IMG/VR virus record: IMGVR_UViG_3300025635_000031
Span: 1-52,737 of that record
DNA length: 52,737 nucleotides
Direction: 5' to 3' (one strand)
DNA from: a virus
Taxonomy: Duplodnaviria; Caudoviricetes
Below the pieces are notes generated by a model that made no database searches, was not told where the DNA came from, and saw only the letters and a list, made by a program, of their open reading frames with translations. Both the position numbers and the translations under genes were made by a program. This document shows positions 10,018-19,241 of this stretch, piece after piece (the first letter of the stretch is position 1; the number at the start of each line of letters is the position of its first letter).

Positions 10018-13000
10018 ATGGCTGATGATAAAGACAAATCCGTCTGGCAACATGCCCAAGATGCCTTAAATTGGATTGGCAACACAAAAGACCGGATGCG
10101 TCAGCAATCATTAGACTATCTAGTTGATCAAGGCATGGATGTTAATGATGCCTTGCGTGCGGCCAATAGTGTAGGCCGCAAAGTAGACCGGACTAATCTG
10201 ATTTCACAGGTTGTGGCTGGCGGATTATCACGGCCAGTAGCAGCGGCACAAATGGTTGGCATGGGCCAAGACATTGGCGAAAGCCTTATGGGCGCTGGTG
10301 AAGAGCTTGGTTCAGCTGTTCAAGGGCGCGCCAAGGGCGGACGTTTGCTGCAAGACCAATACCCAACGCATTACATGCCGCATGTAGGAAGACAAGTTAT
10401 GCAAGATGGTGGCGATCCAAAGGATGTAGTAAACAAAGCTCTTGCTTTAACGTCTGGCGCGCAGCCATCAGCGCAAACTGTTGCTAATCTTGTTAAGCGC
10501 GGCCAGCCAATTGCACCACCAACTGCAGATCCTACAGATGAAGAGCTTGCAGCCGCCCGTGCTGATACGCGCGTAGGCAATCAAATTGTTGCGCAGCGAT
10601 TGAATAAGATCGTTCCTGAAAGCAAACGTGTTTACAAAGGGCAGTATACGCCCGGCGCACCGGGTGGCGGTCGCTGGTCAGACCTTGGAGACGAAGTTCT
10701 TAGCCGTCCGGGTGCTGGATTTAACGTTAAAGACAAAGAATTACAGCAACTTTGGGATGAAGCTGTTAATGAAAGTTCTGCCGCAGCGAAGAAAGCGGCT
10801 AAAGATTTTAACGTTCGCCCTACATTTCATGCAAAAGATTGGGATCAGGCTATGCGCCTGCCCTTAAAAGATCATCTCTGGTACGAATTGTCGGGCGAAA
10901 AAATGGCTGAAAACCTTCCAGACCTGTCTGGACAGGAATTCATGCGCATGATGGATTTGGTTGGTGCCACTTCTGCCCGTGCAGCACCCGATGAAAACCT
11001 TGAACGTGCGCTTGCAGCTATGTCGCAGCACCTTCGTGGCGCGCCAATTGACGTTGATTTGACCCAACCTGACACTGTTAACCGCGCTATTTCGCGAATG
11101 GGGCAGGAATCATCTGCTCTTCCGGGTAATAAAACAGGACAATTTTCTGATACGCTTACATTAGCAGGCGGCGTGCCTACACGTTTTCCAATTTCGGTGA
11201 ATGATGTGTGGGTTGGTAAGATGTTTGGCGTTCCTGACAAGGTAATGTCATCTAATCAGTCGCTTCATGAACCAATGGCGATCTATTTCAACAAATTGCG
11301 TGACATGTACAACGAAAGACATGGTCACGAAGTGCCATTTGACTATCAATCATGGAATTTTCAGGCTCCTGCGTGGGTTCATTTGCGAAATAAAGAAGCA
11401 AATGCAGAATCTGGTGATGCATATCATCAGGTTTGGGGCAAAATTATTGGAAAATTGCAAAATGCTGGTGTTGAAGGCATCGATGGCGATAAAATTACGC
11501 GCCAAGCAATGATGGACCCACGTTTTGCTGATGCTTTGCGTCGTACAACGCAAGAATTCCGCGAAGCACCAAAGGCTACGGTCGAACTTGGCACCAAATT
11601 GACGCCAACAGGCCTTCGTGCGCATGAATTGTACAAGCAGGCCATTGCTGCAGGCGATGATAAGACACAAAAAGACTATGAAAAGGCTCTTGTCACGGCC
11701 ATGTACGCCTCTGCACGCGGTAAGGGGCATGGCTGGGAGCTTTTGAAGAAAGCTATCACTGGCGATCTGTCGAATAAATCAGATATCACCCGCATTGTGC
11801 AGCCTACAGCCGATGATCCATTTACCCATGGCGGAACATATGAAAATGAAATGTCGCCAAATATTAGAATTCCGCTTAAAGGAATGACGCCGCAGCAAAT
11901 TCAATATTTCAATGCTATTGCAGGTAAACATCTGAACCAAGGCGCAATGGCTGCGTCACAGGTTTTGCCTGTAGACCCAAATCAGGTTCCAAGGGATGGA
12001 TATGTGCGCGGGCACAGTGTTTTTGTGCCGACAACTGACGGTATGAAAAAGGAAGATATCCGCAAATTTGCAAGCGAAATCAATCGCTTGGGGCATAGCA
12101 TGAGTTACACAAGCTATCCTAACGGGTATGTTTTCGATATTAACCCGCAATTTACCGATGATGGCGTTAAGGGGATCGACCACAATACGCTTGCAGATGC
12201 CTATGACGTTACGCTAGCACCTAAGTATGGCAAGCCTGCATTATTCGCCCATGACTACAAATCGGAATATCAAACACAGCCAGAGTACGGGAAGCTTCGT
12301 ACAAAGCTTATGAAGGAGATGAACGATGACTTCATCAAAGAAGCCGTCCAAGCAGGCACACCAAAAGATTACGCACGGCGTATCGGTCAAGGGTCATCGT
12401 TACCCTCTGACGTCTCTAAAGGAACTGCAAAAGCTTGGGATCGGTACAGAGGGCGACTTTATCATCTCCTCTTTGCCGAAAAAGAATTCCAAGACCTAGC
12501 AAAGCGCGTTGAAGATGCGCATGGCGCGTTCATTCCTAAAGCAGAAGCACGTCTTGCAAAGCTTGCTAAATCACAAGCGCCCCAGACGCCTCCTGCCGCG
12601 CCAGAAGAGCCTACGCCAACAATGGCAGAAGGTGGCACTGTTCATGAACCGCACCAGCGCGCGGAAGAGCAGGGATATTCTATTAAGGGCTATCATGTGA
12701 CGCGCGGCCCACGCGCCAAAGGTATTAGCAGCTCTGGGCGGTTTTCTTTAGAACATGCAGAAAACCCCGGTGAAGAAGCGATATTTTTTTGGGATAACCC
12801 AGAAGCAGCAAATGACTGGGCGCATGCTTTAACGCAAACAACAACATTTAACCCCGACAAAATGACAGAACGGGATAAGGACAGGTTTGAACGTCACCAA
12901 ACTTCAATTCTTCCAGTTAGAATTAATCCCGGTAATCATGCAGAAGTTGATTGGCCATCCTTTGCTGGAACACATAGTTACAACACCGATGCAATGTCTA

Positions 13001-13200
13001 AATTAATTAGCCACGCCCAAGATCAAAACATAGACACGCTGCGAATTAAAAATATGCAGGAAGATGAATATAAAGAAAACCCACCTGACCAAATTGCGGT
13101 TTTAAATCCACGGTTGATCCGTTCGGAATACGCGAAGTTTGATCCTGCCCGCCAGCATGAAAATGACATTGGCGCGGCCACTGGTGGAGAGGTCAACTAA
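10018..13200 (+). CDS. polyvalent protein: central HhH-glycosylase-like domain plus C-terminal ADP-ribosyltransferase (ART-PolyVal-like) domain
   Basis: WYE..ATS..N..K.GQF..VNDVW..QAPAW pattern; C-terminal GYHVT..IFFWDNP..A..QIAVLNPRLIRSEYAKFDP pattern. Confidence 0.6.
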   Translation: MADDKDKSVWQHAQDALNWIGNTKDRMRQQSLDYLVDQGMDVNDALRAANSVGRKVDRTNLISQVVAGGLSRPVAAAQMVGMGQDIGESLMGAGEELGSAVQGRAKGGRLLQDQYPTHYMPHVGRQVMQDGGDPKDVVNKALALTSGAQPSAQTVANLVKRGQPIAPPTADPTDEELAAARADTRVGNQIVAQRLNKIVPESKRVYKGQYTPGAPGGGRWSDLGDEVLSRPGAGFNVKDKELQQLWDEAVNESSAAAKKAAKDFNVRPTFHAKDWDQAMRLPLKDHLWYELSGEKMAENLPDLSGQEFMRMMDLVGATSARAAPDENLERALAAMSQHLRGAPIDVDLTQPDTVNRAISRMGQESSALPGNKTGQFSDTLTLAGGVPTRFPISVNDVWVGKMFGVPDKVMSSNQSLHEPMAIYFNKLRDMYNERHGHEVPFDYQSWNFQAPAWVHLRNKEANAESGDAYHQVWGKIIGKLQNAGVEGIDGDKITRQAMMDPRFADALRRTTQEFREAPKATVELGTKLTPTGLRAHELYKQAIAAGDDKTQKDYEKALVTAMYASARGKGHGWELLKKAITGDLSNKSDITRIVQPTADDPFTHGGTYENEMSPNIRIPLKGMTPQQIQYFNAIAGKHLNQGAMAASQVLPVDPNQVPRDGYVRGHSVFVPTTDGMKKEDIRKFASEINRLGHSMSYTSYPNGYVFDINPQFTDDGVKGIDHNTLADAYDVTLAPKYGKPALFAHDYKSEYQTQPEYGKLRTKLMKEMNDDFIKEAVQAGTPKDYARRIGQGSSLPSDVSKGTAKAWDRYRGRLYHLLFAEKEFQDLAKRVEDAHGAFIPKAEARLAKLAKSQAPQTPPAAPEEPTPTMAEGGTVHEPHQRAEEQGYSIKGYHVTRGPRAKGISSSGRFSLEHAENPGEEAIFFWDNPEAANDWAHALTQTTTFNPDKMTERDKDRFERHQTSILPVRINPGNHAEVDWPSFAGTHSYNTDAMSKLISHAQDQNIDTLRIKNMQEDEYKENPPDQIAVLNPRLIRSEYAKFDPARQHENDIGAATGGEVN

Positions 13201-13238
13201 ACCTTAACAAGGTTCTTTTTGACGAACAGTTGCACCTA

Positions 13239-13267
13239 TATTGCATAGCTGTGAAACGTGGTATTTT
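13239..13267 (+). promoter_or_regulatory. candidate late promoter (TATTGCATAGCT box, TGGTATTTT extended -10-like)
   Basis: intergenic; the 12-mer is repeated exactly at 17473..17484. Confidence 0.4.
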
Positions 13268-13317
13268 CCACTGATGCAATTGCACCGGGGGACGCCCCGC
13301 ACTAGCTAGGAGCTATT

Positions 13318-15222
13318 ATGTACGGTGAAGCTAAAAAGGCCCGCACGGCCATGAAGAACAAGGCCAAGCGCCTTGCTTCAGAGAAATCAGAGCGCGTTGA
13401 TTCGTCCACTTGGACGCAGGCAGAACCGCTTGATGCTGATGTAAAGACTGGCATGCGCCCTGTGTCGCGTCGTGCTTATCGCAGTGGCGGCAAGGTTCAG
13501 GGTGAAGTCACAAAGAAGCATGCTGGCAAGAAGGCCCGCGCTTCTGGTGGCGCGGCTAATGCCAAGCAGATCGCTCTGGCCAAGGTCAACCGTAACGTTA
13601 AAGATGCCAACGAAGAGCGCGAAGGCAAGAAGCACATTGGTGGCCTGAAGACAGGTGGCCGCGCCAAAAAGAAGATTGGCGGCGCTGCAGCCGATATCCT
13701 TGGTGTTCTTAGCCCTGTCGTTATGGCCGCAAACATGATGCGCGGCGACAAGGACGAAAAGAAACACGGTGGGCGCACCAAGCGTGAATATGGCGGTCGT
13801 GGTGTTGGGGAACGCACCCAACACGAATTGAAGCGCCGTGACGCTGTTCAGGCTGCGACGGACTACGGTGAAGATCCGCGCGTGACCGAAAGCGTTTTGC
13901 GCGACAAGACCCGTGCCTTTGAAAAGTCAGCCGAACAGACAGCTTATAAGAAGGGTGGCCGTACCAAAAAGATGGACGGTGGCCCTATGGGTGATCCGCG
14001 TCTTAATATTGCTAAGTCGCAGGCTTTTGATCTTACAAACACACGCGGCGCACCGGGTACGGTTGTTGCCAAGCGCGGTGGCAAGATCTCCCACATGGAA
14101 TGGGAGCATTCCAAGAAAGATCTTTCTGAAGATAAGAAGCTTGCCAAAAAGCACGGCATGTCTTTGGAAAAGTGGGAAAAGTCGAAGCTTGATGAAAAGC
14201 ACGACAAACAACAGTCAACCAAGGGCCTTAAGCGCGGCGGTCGTGCTAAAGGCGGCGCTACTAAATACCTTGGTGCTGGTTATGGTTCAAAAGACGAAAA
14301 AGAAGCTGAAAAAGAATACGGCAAAAGAGAACCTGCTCTTGATCGCGCTTTGAACCAGATGGAAGGCACTTTTAGCCCGTGGGCTATGCGCAAGTCGCGT
14401 GCAGAAATTGCAGAGCGCCGCGCCGGGGCGAAGGATGGCCCTGAAAAGCGTGCAGCTGCAAAAAAATACAGCGATGATGCAAGCCTGAAGGATGCTGGTT
14501 ATAAGCATGGTGGACGCCCTAAGCGCGCCACTGGCGGCATGATCAATGAAACCAAGAAGCTTGCCGCTCTTAAGGCTGATCCGCACAACCAAACTAAGAT
14601 CAAGCCTGCTATGCCAGCACCAAAAGAGCCTGCCGCTGAAAAATGCGGCGGTGGCCGTATGGCACGCAAGGCTGGTGGTCGCGCCAAGGGCAAGACCAAC
14701 ATCAACATTGTGATTGCAACTGGCAAAGGCCAGCCGGGTCAGGATGGTATGCCTCCGGGCATGCCTCCAATGCCTCCGGGCGGCCCTATGGGTGGCCCGC
14801 CGCGTCCTCCGGGTGGTGTGCCTGTTCCAATGCCAGCTGGCGGTCCTCCTGCGGCCCCGCAGGCGATGCCTATCCCAATGCCGATGCCTGCTCCCCAACA
14901 GCCCCCTATGGCGCGTAAGTCTGGCGGACGCATTACAAAGGTAGCCAAGTCCTATAAGGACATGGAAGCTGGTGCAGGATCTGGTGAAGGCCGTTTGCAG
15001 AAAACGGACATCGCCAAGCGTGATCGCAAAGACGAATACCAGAAGGGTGAAAAAGCTTTCACTGGCCTTGGTTATCCTAACAAGGTTCCGGGTGCCACAG
15101 GTGGGCGCACGGCACGCAAGGCTGGCGGCAAGGCATACCATTCTTACAAGGACATGGATGCGGGCGCTGGTTCGGGCGAAGGTCGTTTGGAAAAGACAGA
15201 AATCGCCAAGCGCAAAAAATAA
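13318..15222 (+). CDS. highly basic xxxGG-repeat protein (putative internal head protein or peptide polyprotein)
   Basis: 634 aa, Lys/Arg/Gly-rich, 19 xxxGG motifs, Pro-rich tract, duplicated C-terminal 24-aa unit; AGGAG RBS. Confidence 0.75.
   Translation: MYGEAKKARTAMKNKAKRLASEKSERVDSSTWTQAEPLDADVKTGMRPVSRRAYRSGGKVQGEVTKKHAGKKARASGGAANAKQIALAKVNRNVKDANEEREGKKHIGGLKTGGRAKKKIGGAAADILGVLSPVVMAANMMRGDKDEKKHGGRTKREYGGRGVGERTQHELKRRDAVQAATDYGEDPRVTESVLRDKTRAFEKSAEQTAYKKGGRTKKMDGGPMGDPRLNIAKSQAFDLTNTRGAPGTVVAKRGGKISHMEWEHSKKDLSEDKKLAKKHGMSLEKWEKSKLDEKHDKQQSTKGLKRGGRAKGGATKYLGAGYGSKDEKEAEKEYGKREPALDRALNQMEGTFSPWAMRKSRAEIAERRAGAKDGPEKRAAAKKYSDDASLKDAGYKHGGRPKRATGGMINETKKLAALKADPHNQTKIKPAMPAPKEPAAEKCGGGRMARKAGGRAKGKTNINIVIATGKGQPGQDGMPPGMPPMPPGGPMGGPPRPPGGVPVPMPAGGPPAAPQAMPIPMPMPAPQQPPMARKSGGRITKVAKSYKDMEAGAGSGEGRLQKTDIAKRDRKDEYQKGEKAFTGLGYPNKVPGATGGRTARKAGGKAYHSYKDMDAGAGSGEGRLEKTEIAKRKK
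14950..15213 (+). repeat. 72-nt imperfect direct repeat (14950..15021 and 15142..15213) encoding SYKDM(E/D)[10 protein letters not shown](Q/E)KT(D/E)IAKR
   Basis: visible in both protein and DNA. Confidence 0.9.
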
Positions 15223-15313
15223 TCCGGCTTTTAATGCCGGACGGGACCGTGGCACAGCCCCCCTCTTGCCACGGTCCCACCTTACATAAGGGGGACACCA
15301 TAGGGGGTCTAAG

Positions 15314-15523
15314 GTGTTATCTTCACAAGCGTTCTTCCGCAATGAACTGATTAAGCTTCTTGCCGAAGACATAGAGCGAATTAAAGAAAATTTAACAAAT
15401 TGGGGTGCGACCCCTGACTTTCCTACTTACACACACCAAGTAGGGAAGATTGATGGCTTGCGCATGGCTTTAGAGCTGATTGAACAAGCTGAAAGTGCAA
15501 TGAATGGAGTGGAGAGGGGATAA
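15314..15523 (+). CDS. hypothetical head-module protein
   Basis: 69 aa with Y...VG.IDGL motif, upstream of the GroES-like gene. Confidence 0.65.
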   Translation: MLSSQAFFRNELIKLLAEDIERIKENLTNWGATPDFPTYTHQVGKIDGLRMALELIEQAESAMNGVERG

Positions 15524-15915
15524 TGCCATTTATGAAGATGGATCACGAAAATGATCCGCGCGCCAAGATCGTCAACGAAGTTGGTGATTTGTCGCAATTA
15601 GAATTGTTTAACAATCAGATTTTGGTTGGTGTCTACATCAGGCCGCAAAAAACCAAATCTGGTATTTATTTGGCTGATCGTACTGTCGATGAAGATCGTC
15701 ATCAGTCGAAGGTTGGTCTTCTCCTTAAAACAGGTCCAAAGGCGTTTGAACCAAACAATGATGGATGGTTTGAAGGCGAAACCTTCAATGAAGGTGATTG
15801 GCTTGTTTATCGCCCTGCAGACGGGTGGAGCATCACCGTTAATAATGTCCTTTGCCGCATCCTAATGGATACGCAGGTTAAGGGACGCATCCAAGATCCA
15901 GATCAGGTTTGGTAA
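15523..15915 (+). CDS. groES: phage co-chaperonin, GroES/Cpn10-like
   Basis: mobile-loop KTKSGIYL, then VGLLLKTGP, GDWLVY and RILMD. Confidence 0.8.
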   Translation: MPFMKMDHENDPRAKIVNEVGDLSQLELFNNQILVGVYIRPQKTKSGIYLADRTVDEDRHQSKVGLLLKTGPKAFEPNNDGWFEGETFNEGDWLVYRPADGWSITVNNVLCRILMDTQVKGRIQDPDQVW

Positions 15916-15925
15916 GGAGAGGCTT

Positions 15926-16816
15926 ATGGCCGATGAAGACGAAAAGATCGAAGTCACTGTGGACGAAACGCAGGAAAACACTGGAGAAGCTGTTTCTAAT
16001 TCAGAGGAAACGACTTCAAACAGCCCAGAGAATCATGCGATTGCTCCAGAAGATGCAATTAATACGCTTAAGGCGCAGCTAGAAGCTGAACGTCAGGCCC
16101 GCGCCGAAGCCGAAACACTGGCGCGTCGTGCTGCACAGCAAGCAAATGCTGCTTACGGCGAAGTAGAAGACACCAACATCCAGTTGGTCAACACGGCTAT
16201 CGACACAGTTAAGCGTGACAATGATGTGCTTACATCAAACTACGCCGAAGCCATGTCTATGGGCGACTACGAACGCGCTGCAAAGATCCAAGCAACGATG
16301 GCATCTAATTCTGCAAAGCTTTTGCAGTTGGAAAACGGCCTTCGTGAAATGCAAAGCGCGCCAAAGCGCCCGCCAATTGAAAATGTTCCGCCTCCTGCCT
16401 CTGTGCAGCTGGATCAAATTATTGGCGCGGTTACCCCCCGTTCAGCAAGCTGGCTGCGCAGCAATAAAGCGCAATTGTCTGATGAACGTATGATCAAAAA
16501 GATGTTCCGTGCGCATGAAGACGCTATTGATGACGGCATTGAAGCCGATTCTGATGCGTACTTTAGGTACATTGAACAGCGCTTGGGCCTTGGTTCTAAG
16601 GAACAGGATGACAATCCAATGTCTTCAGCCTCTAAGCCTGTACAGCGGCAAGCTGCGCCGCCGTCAGCACCCGTTAATCGCGAATCAAGTTCACGTTCAA
16701 ACACTGTTCGTTTGACCCGCGCAGAGGCCGATACGGCCAAAATGCTTGGGATGACCGAAACAGAATATGCGAAACACAAAATTGCCCTTCAGAAAGAGGG
16801 CAAGTTGCCACATTAA
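15926..16816 (+). CDS. capsid scaffolding protein (putative)
   Basis: acidic N-terminus, coiled coil, C-terminal VRLT...AKMLGM..EYAK motif; located before the capsid genes. Confidence 0.7.
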   Translation: MADEDEKIEVTVDETQENTGEAVSNSEETTSNSPENHAIAPEDAINTLKAQLEAERQARAEAETLARRAAQQANAAYGEVEDTNIQLVNTAIDTVKRDNDVLTSNYAEAMSMGDYERAAKIQATMASNSAKLLQLENGLREMQSAPKRPPIENVPPPASVQLDQIIGAVTPRSASWLRSNKAQLSDERMIKKMFRAHEDAIDDGIEADSDAYFRYIEQRLGLGSKEQDDNPMSSASKPVQRQAAPPSAPVNRESSSRSNTVRLTRAEADTAKMLGMTETEYAKHKIALQKEGKLPH

Positions 16817-16827
16817 GGAGGCAAATC

Positions 16828-17424
16828 ATGGAAAATAAGCCAATCCGCAAGCGTGGCCGTCCGCCGAAGCTGTTTGAAGCGCCTAAAATGGTAGAAGTGG
16901 AAGAAATCGTGGTCGAAACACCAATTGAACGTCCAGCTATGCGTGCTGAAATGCGTGAAGAAAGCCCTGCAGAGCGCGCCAAGCGACGTGCTGCCGAAAT
17001 TCGTGGCCATTTGAACGGCATTGATGAAGGAACAGATGAATTTTACATCGATCCTTCGATGATCCCGGATGGTTGGTCATATGAATGGAAGCGCCGCCTG
17101 CTTCTTGGCGCGGAAGATCCGTCCCACAACGTTGCTCTGTATCGTATGGGTTGGGAACCAGTGCCGCTTACACGCCATCCTGAAATGATGCCCCGTGATT
17201 GGCGCGGTGAAACAATCGAACGCAAAGGCATGATCCTTATGGAGCGTCCTTTGGAGTTGGTTGAAGAAGCACGCGCAATTGAACGTCGCAAGGCAGTCAA
17301 TCAGGTTCGTGATAAAGAAGCGCAGATTGCTGGCACGCCAGACGGAACGCTTACGCGCGATCACGCACAGGCGCGTCCTTCGATCAAAAAGGGATACGAA
17401 CCAATCCCGATCCCGAAAGACTGA
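16828..17424 (+). CDS. conserved head-module hypothetical protein
   Basis: PDGWSYEWKR..GWEPV..GMILMERP motifs; AGGAGG RBS. Confidence 0.7.
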   Translation: MENKPIRKRGRPPKLFEAPKMVEVEEIVVETPIERPAMRAEMREESPAERAKRRAAEIRGHLNGIDEGTDEFYIDPSMIPDGWSYEWKRRLLLGAEDPSHNVALYRMGWEPVPLTRHPEMMPRDWRGETIERKGMILMERPLELVEEARAIERRKAVNQVRDKEAQIAGTPDGTLTRDHAQARPSIKKGYEPIPIPKD

Positions 17425-17443
17425 ATTTAAGTCACGCTTAATT

Positions 17444-17473
17444 AAAGGGGGTGTTAAACGCACCCCCTTTTTT
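17444..17473 (+). terminator. intrinsic terminator
   Basis: AAAGGGGGTG-loop-CACCCCCTTT followed by further T residues. Confidence 0.75.
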
Positions 17474-17608
17474 ATTGCATAGCTATGTGATAAATATTGC
17501 ATTAGCCAAATAGGCAACCGCCTCCCCCGGTGTGGAGGTATAAACTTTTCCCGGTTCTTAATCGCCCCGGCGTGCGATGATGGACCTCCTGAAAAAGGAG
17601 AACCCGTC

Positions 17609-18190
17609 ATGGCGAATGCTAATACGCCTTTCGGTTTCCAGCAGTATCAGGGTAACGGCTCTGCTCCGACTTACGAACAGATCCCCGTTGCCATTGCTTA
17701 CAATGCTTCGGCAATCTACTACGGTGACCCCGTAGAACCAGACGCAAATGGTCAAGTTGTTCAGGGTGACGGCACAACCGGAAACCCCGGCGTTGCTGGC
17801 ATCTTTGTCGGCTGCAAGTACCTTTCGGTTTCGCAGAAGCGCACCGTTTGGTCGAACTACTGGCCGGGTTCGGACGTTGCTTCTGGCAACACCGTCGAAG
17901 GTTACATCATCAACGATCCGAATGCCAAGTTTGTTGTCCAGTCGGACAGCACTGGCATCGTTGCTGCCGATGTGAACCTGAACATCGGCTACGCAATCGG
18001 CACAGGCAATACCAACACTGGTATTTCTGGCGCTTATGCAACTGGCGCTGCCGCCACTGCAACCCTTCCTTTCCGCATTGTCGGACTTCTGACGGCTCCT
18101 CCGGGGTCGCCGGGCACCGAAGCTGGCGCGTACAATCGTATCATTGTCGCGTTCAACAACGTTGCCACGAAGTCTCTGACTGGTATCTAA
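17609..18190 (+). CDS. capsid decoration/auxiliary protein
   Basis: MAN.NTPFGF start, IYYGDPV, GIFVGCKY, DPNAKF; directly upstream of the major capsid gene. Confidence 0.7.
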   Translation: MANANTPFGFQQYQGNGSAPTYEQIPVAIAYNASAIYYGDPVEPDANGQVVQGDGTTGNPGVAGIFVGCKYLSVSQKRTVWSNYWPGSDVASGNTVEGYIINDPNAKFVVQSDSTGIVAADVNLNIGYAIGTGNTNTGISGAYATGAAATATLPFRIVGLLTAPPGSPGTEAGAYNRIIVAFNNVATKSLTGI

Positions 18191-18203
18191 GGAGTAGTGA
18201 CCA

Positions 18204-19115
18204 ATGGCCGTTAATCTTTCCGCCATTAAAGACCTTCTCCTTCCCGGTCTACGTGGAATTGAAGGCAAATACGAACAGATCCCGTCACAGTACGACAAGA
18301 TCTTCACGAAGCACGAATCGAAAATGGCCCTTGAACGCACGGCTGACATGCGTTTCCTTGGCCTTGCGCAGCTGAAGACCGAAGGTGGTCAGACTGCATT
18401 CGATAACGCAGCTGGTGAACGTTTTGTGTACAATCAGGAGCATACTGAAATTGCTCTTGGTTACGCGATCACCCGTAAGGCTATCGACGATAACCTCTAC
18501 AAGACCCAGTTCATGCCGTCGAACCTTGGTCTGATTGAATCATTTCAACAGACAAAGGAAATCTATGGCGCGAACGTGCTGAACTCTGCCACGACCTACA
18601 ATGCGTCGATTGGTGGTGACGGCAAGGCTCTCTGCGCTGTGGACCACCCGATTGATGGTGGCACGATTGCGAACCGTCCTCTGGTTGATGTTGAACTTAA
18701 CGAAGCTACGTTGCTGAACGCGATGATCGCGATCCGTACTAACTTCAAAGACAACGCTGGCCTGAAGATCTTCGCCCGTGGCCGTAAGTTGGTTATCCCG
18801 CCGCAGCTTGAACCAGTTGCTATCCGTCTTACTAAGACGGAACTTCGTCCGGGTACTGCAGACAACGATGTCAACGCGATCATGATGACCGCTGGTGGTC
18901 TTCCTGAAGGCTACATCGTCAACGACTACCTGACAGCAGCTGCTACATGGTTCCTGCTTACAAACATTGACGGCCTCTCCTACATGGAGCGCGTCAAGTT
19001 TGAATCGGATATGCAGGTCGACTTCGTAACAGACAACCTGTTGGTGAAGGGCTACGAACGTTATTCGTTCGGCTACTACAACTGGCGTTCGATCTACGGA
19101 TCGTTCCCGACCTAA
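18204..19115 (+). CDS. major capsid protein (Mu gpT-like, HK97 fold)
   Basis: LLPGL, ALGYAIT..AI.DNLY, GDGKAL...HP, KLVIPP.L, WFL.T, ERYSFG motifs; strongly biased codon usage. Confidence 0.88.
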   Translation: MAVNLSAIKDLLLPGLRGIEGKYEQIPSQYDKIFTKHESKMALERTADMRFLGLAQLKTEGGQTAFDNAAGERFVYNQEHTEIALGYAITRKAIDDNLYKTQFMPSNLGLIESFQQTKEIYGANVLNSATTYNASIGGDGKALCAVDHPIDGGTIANRPLVDVELNEATLLNAMIAIRTNFKDNAGLKIFARGRKLVIPPQLEPVAIRLTKTELRPGTADNDVNAIMMTAGGLPEGYIVNDYLTAAATWFLLTNIDGLSYMERVKFESDMQVDFVTDNLLVKGYERYSFGYYNWRSIYGSFPT

Positions 19116-19121
19116 TTAAAG

Positions 19122-19156
19122 TAAGGGCGGTTTCCTTTAATTAGGAGCCGCCCTTA
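19122..19156 (+). terminator. stem-loop after the capsid gene (terminator or processing site)
   Basis: TAAGGGCGG...CCGCCCTTA stem with a short T run. Confidence 0.55.
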
Positions 19157-19165
19157 TTTAACGTT

Positions 19166-19236
19166 CCGGGTGTTCCGATCATACTGACAGCCCCGGCTGA
19201 CTCTGCACAGACAGTATGATCAAATCGTGCAGGAGG
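19166..19236 (+). ncRNA. candidate pseudoknotted cis-regulatory RNA
   Basis: three interlocked helices (see findings), the last overlapping the RBS. Confidence 0.5.
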
Positions 19237-19241
19237 ACCCA

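Noticed and set aside
14740-14900. PPGG/MGG/PAGG glycine pairs counted as GG tags
   Set aside because: They are part of a Pro/Gly low-complexity tract lacking the basic or hydrophobic upstream pattern, so they were excluded from the count, as were GGTG fibre repeats and poly-Gly runs.
14287-15372. Long antisense ORF (361 aa) and similar shadow ORFs opposite the capsid, portal and fibre genes
   Set aside because: Explained by GC-rich, biased codon usage of the sense genes; no RBS or recognisable motifs.
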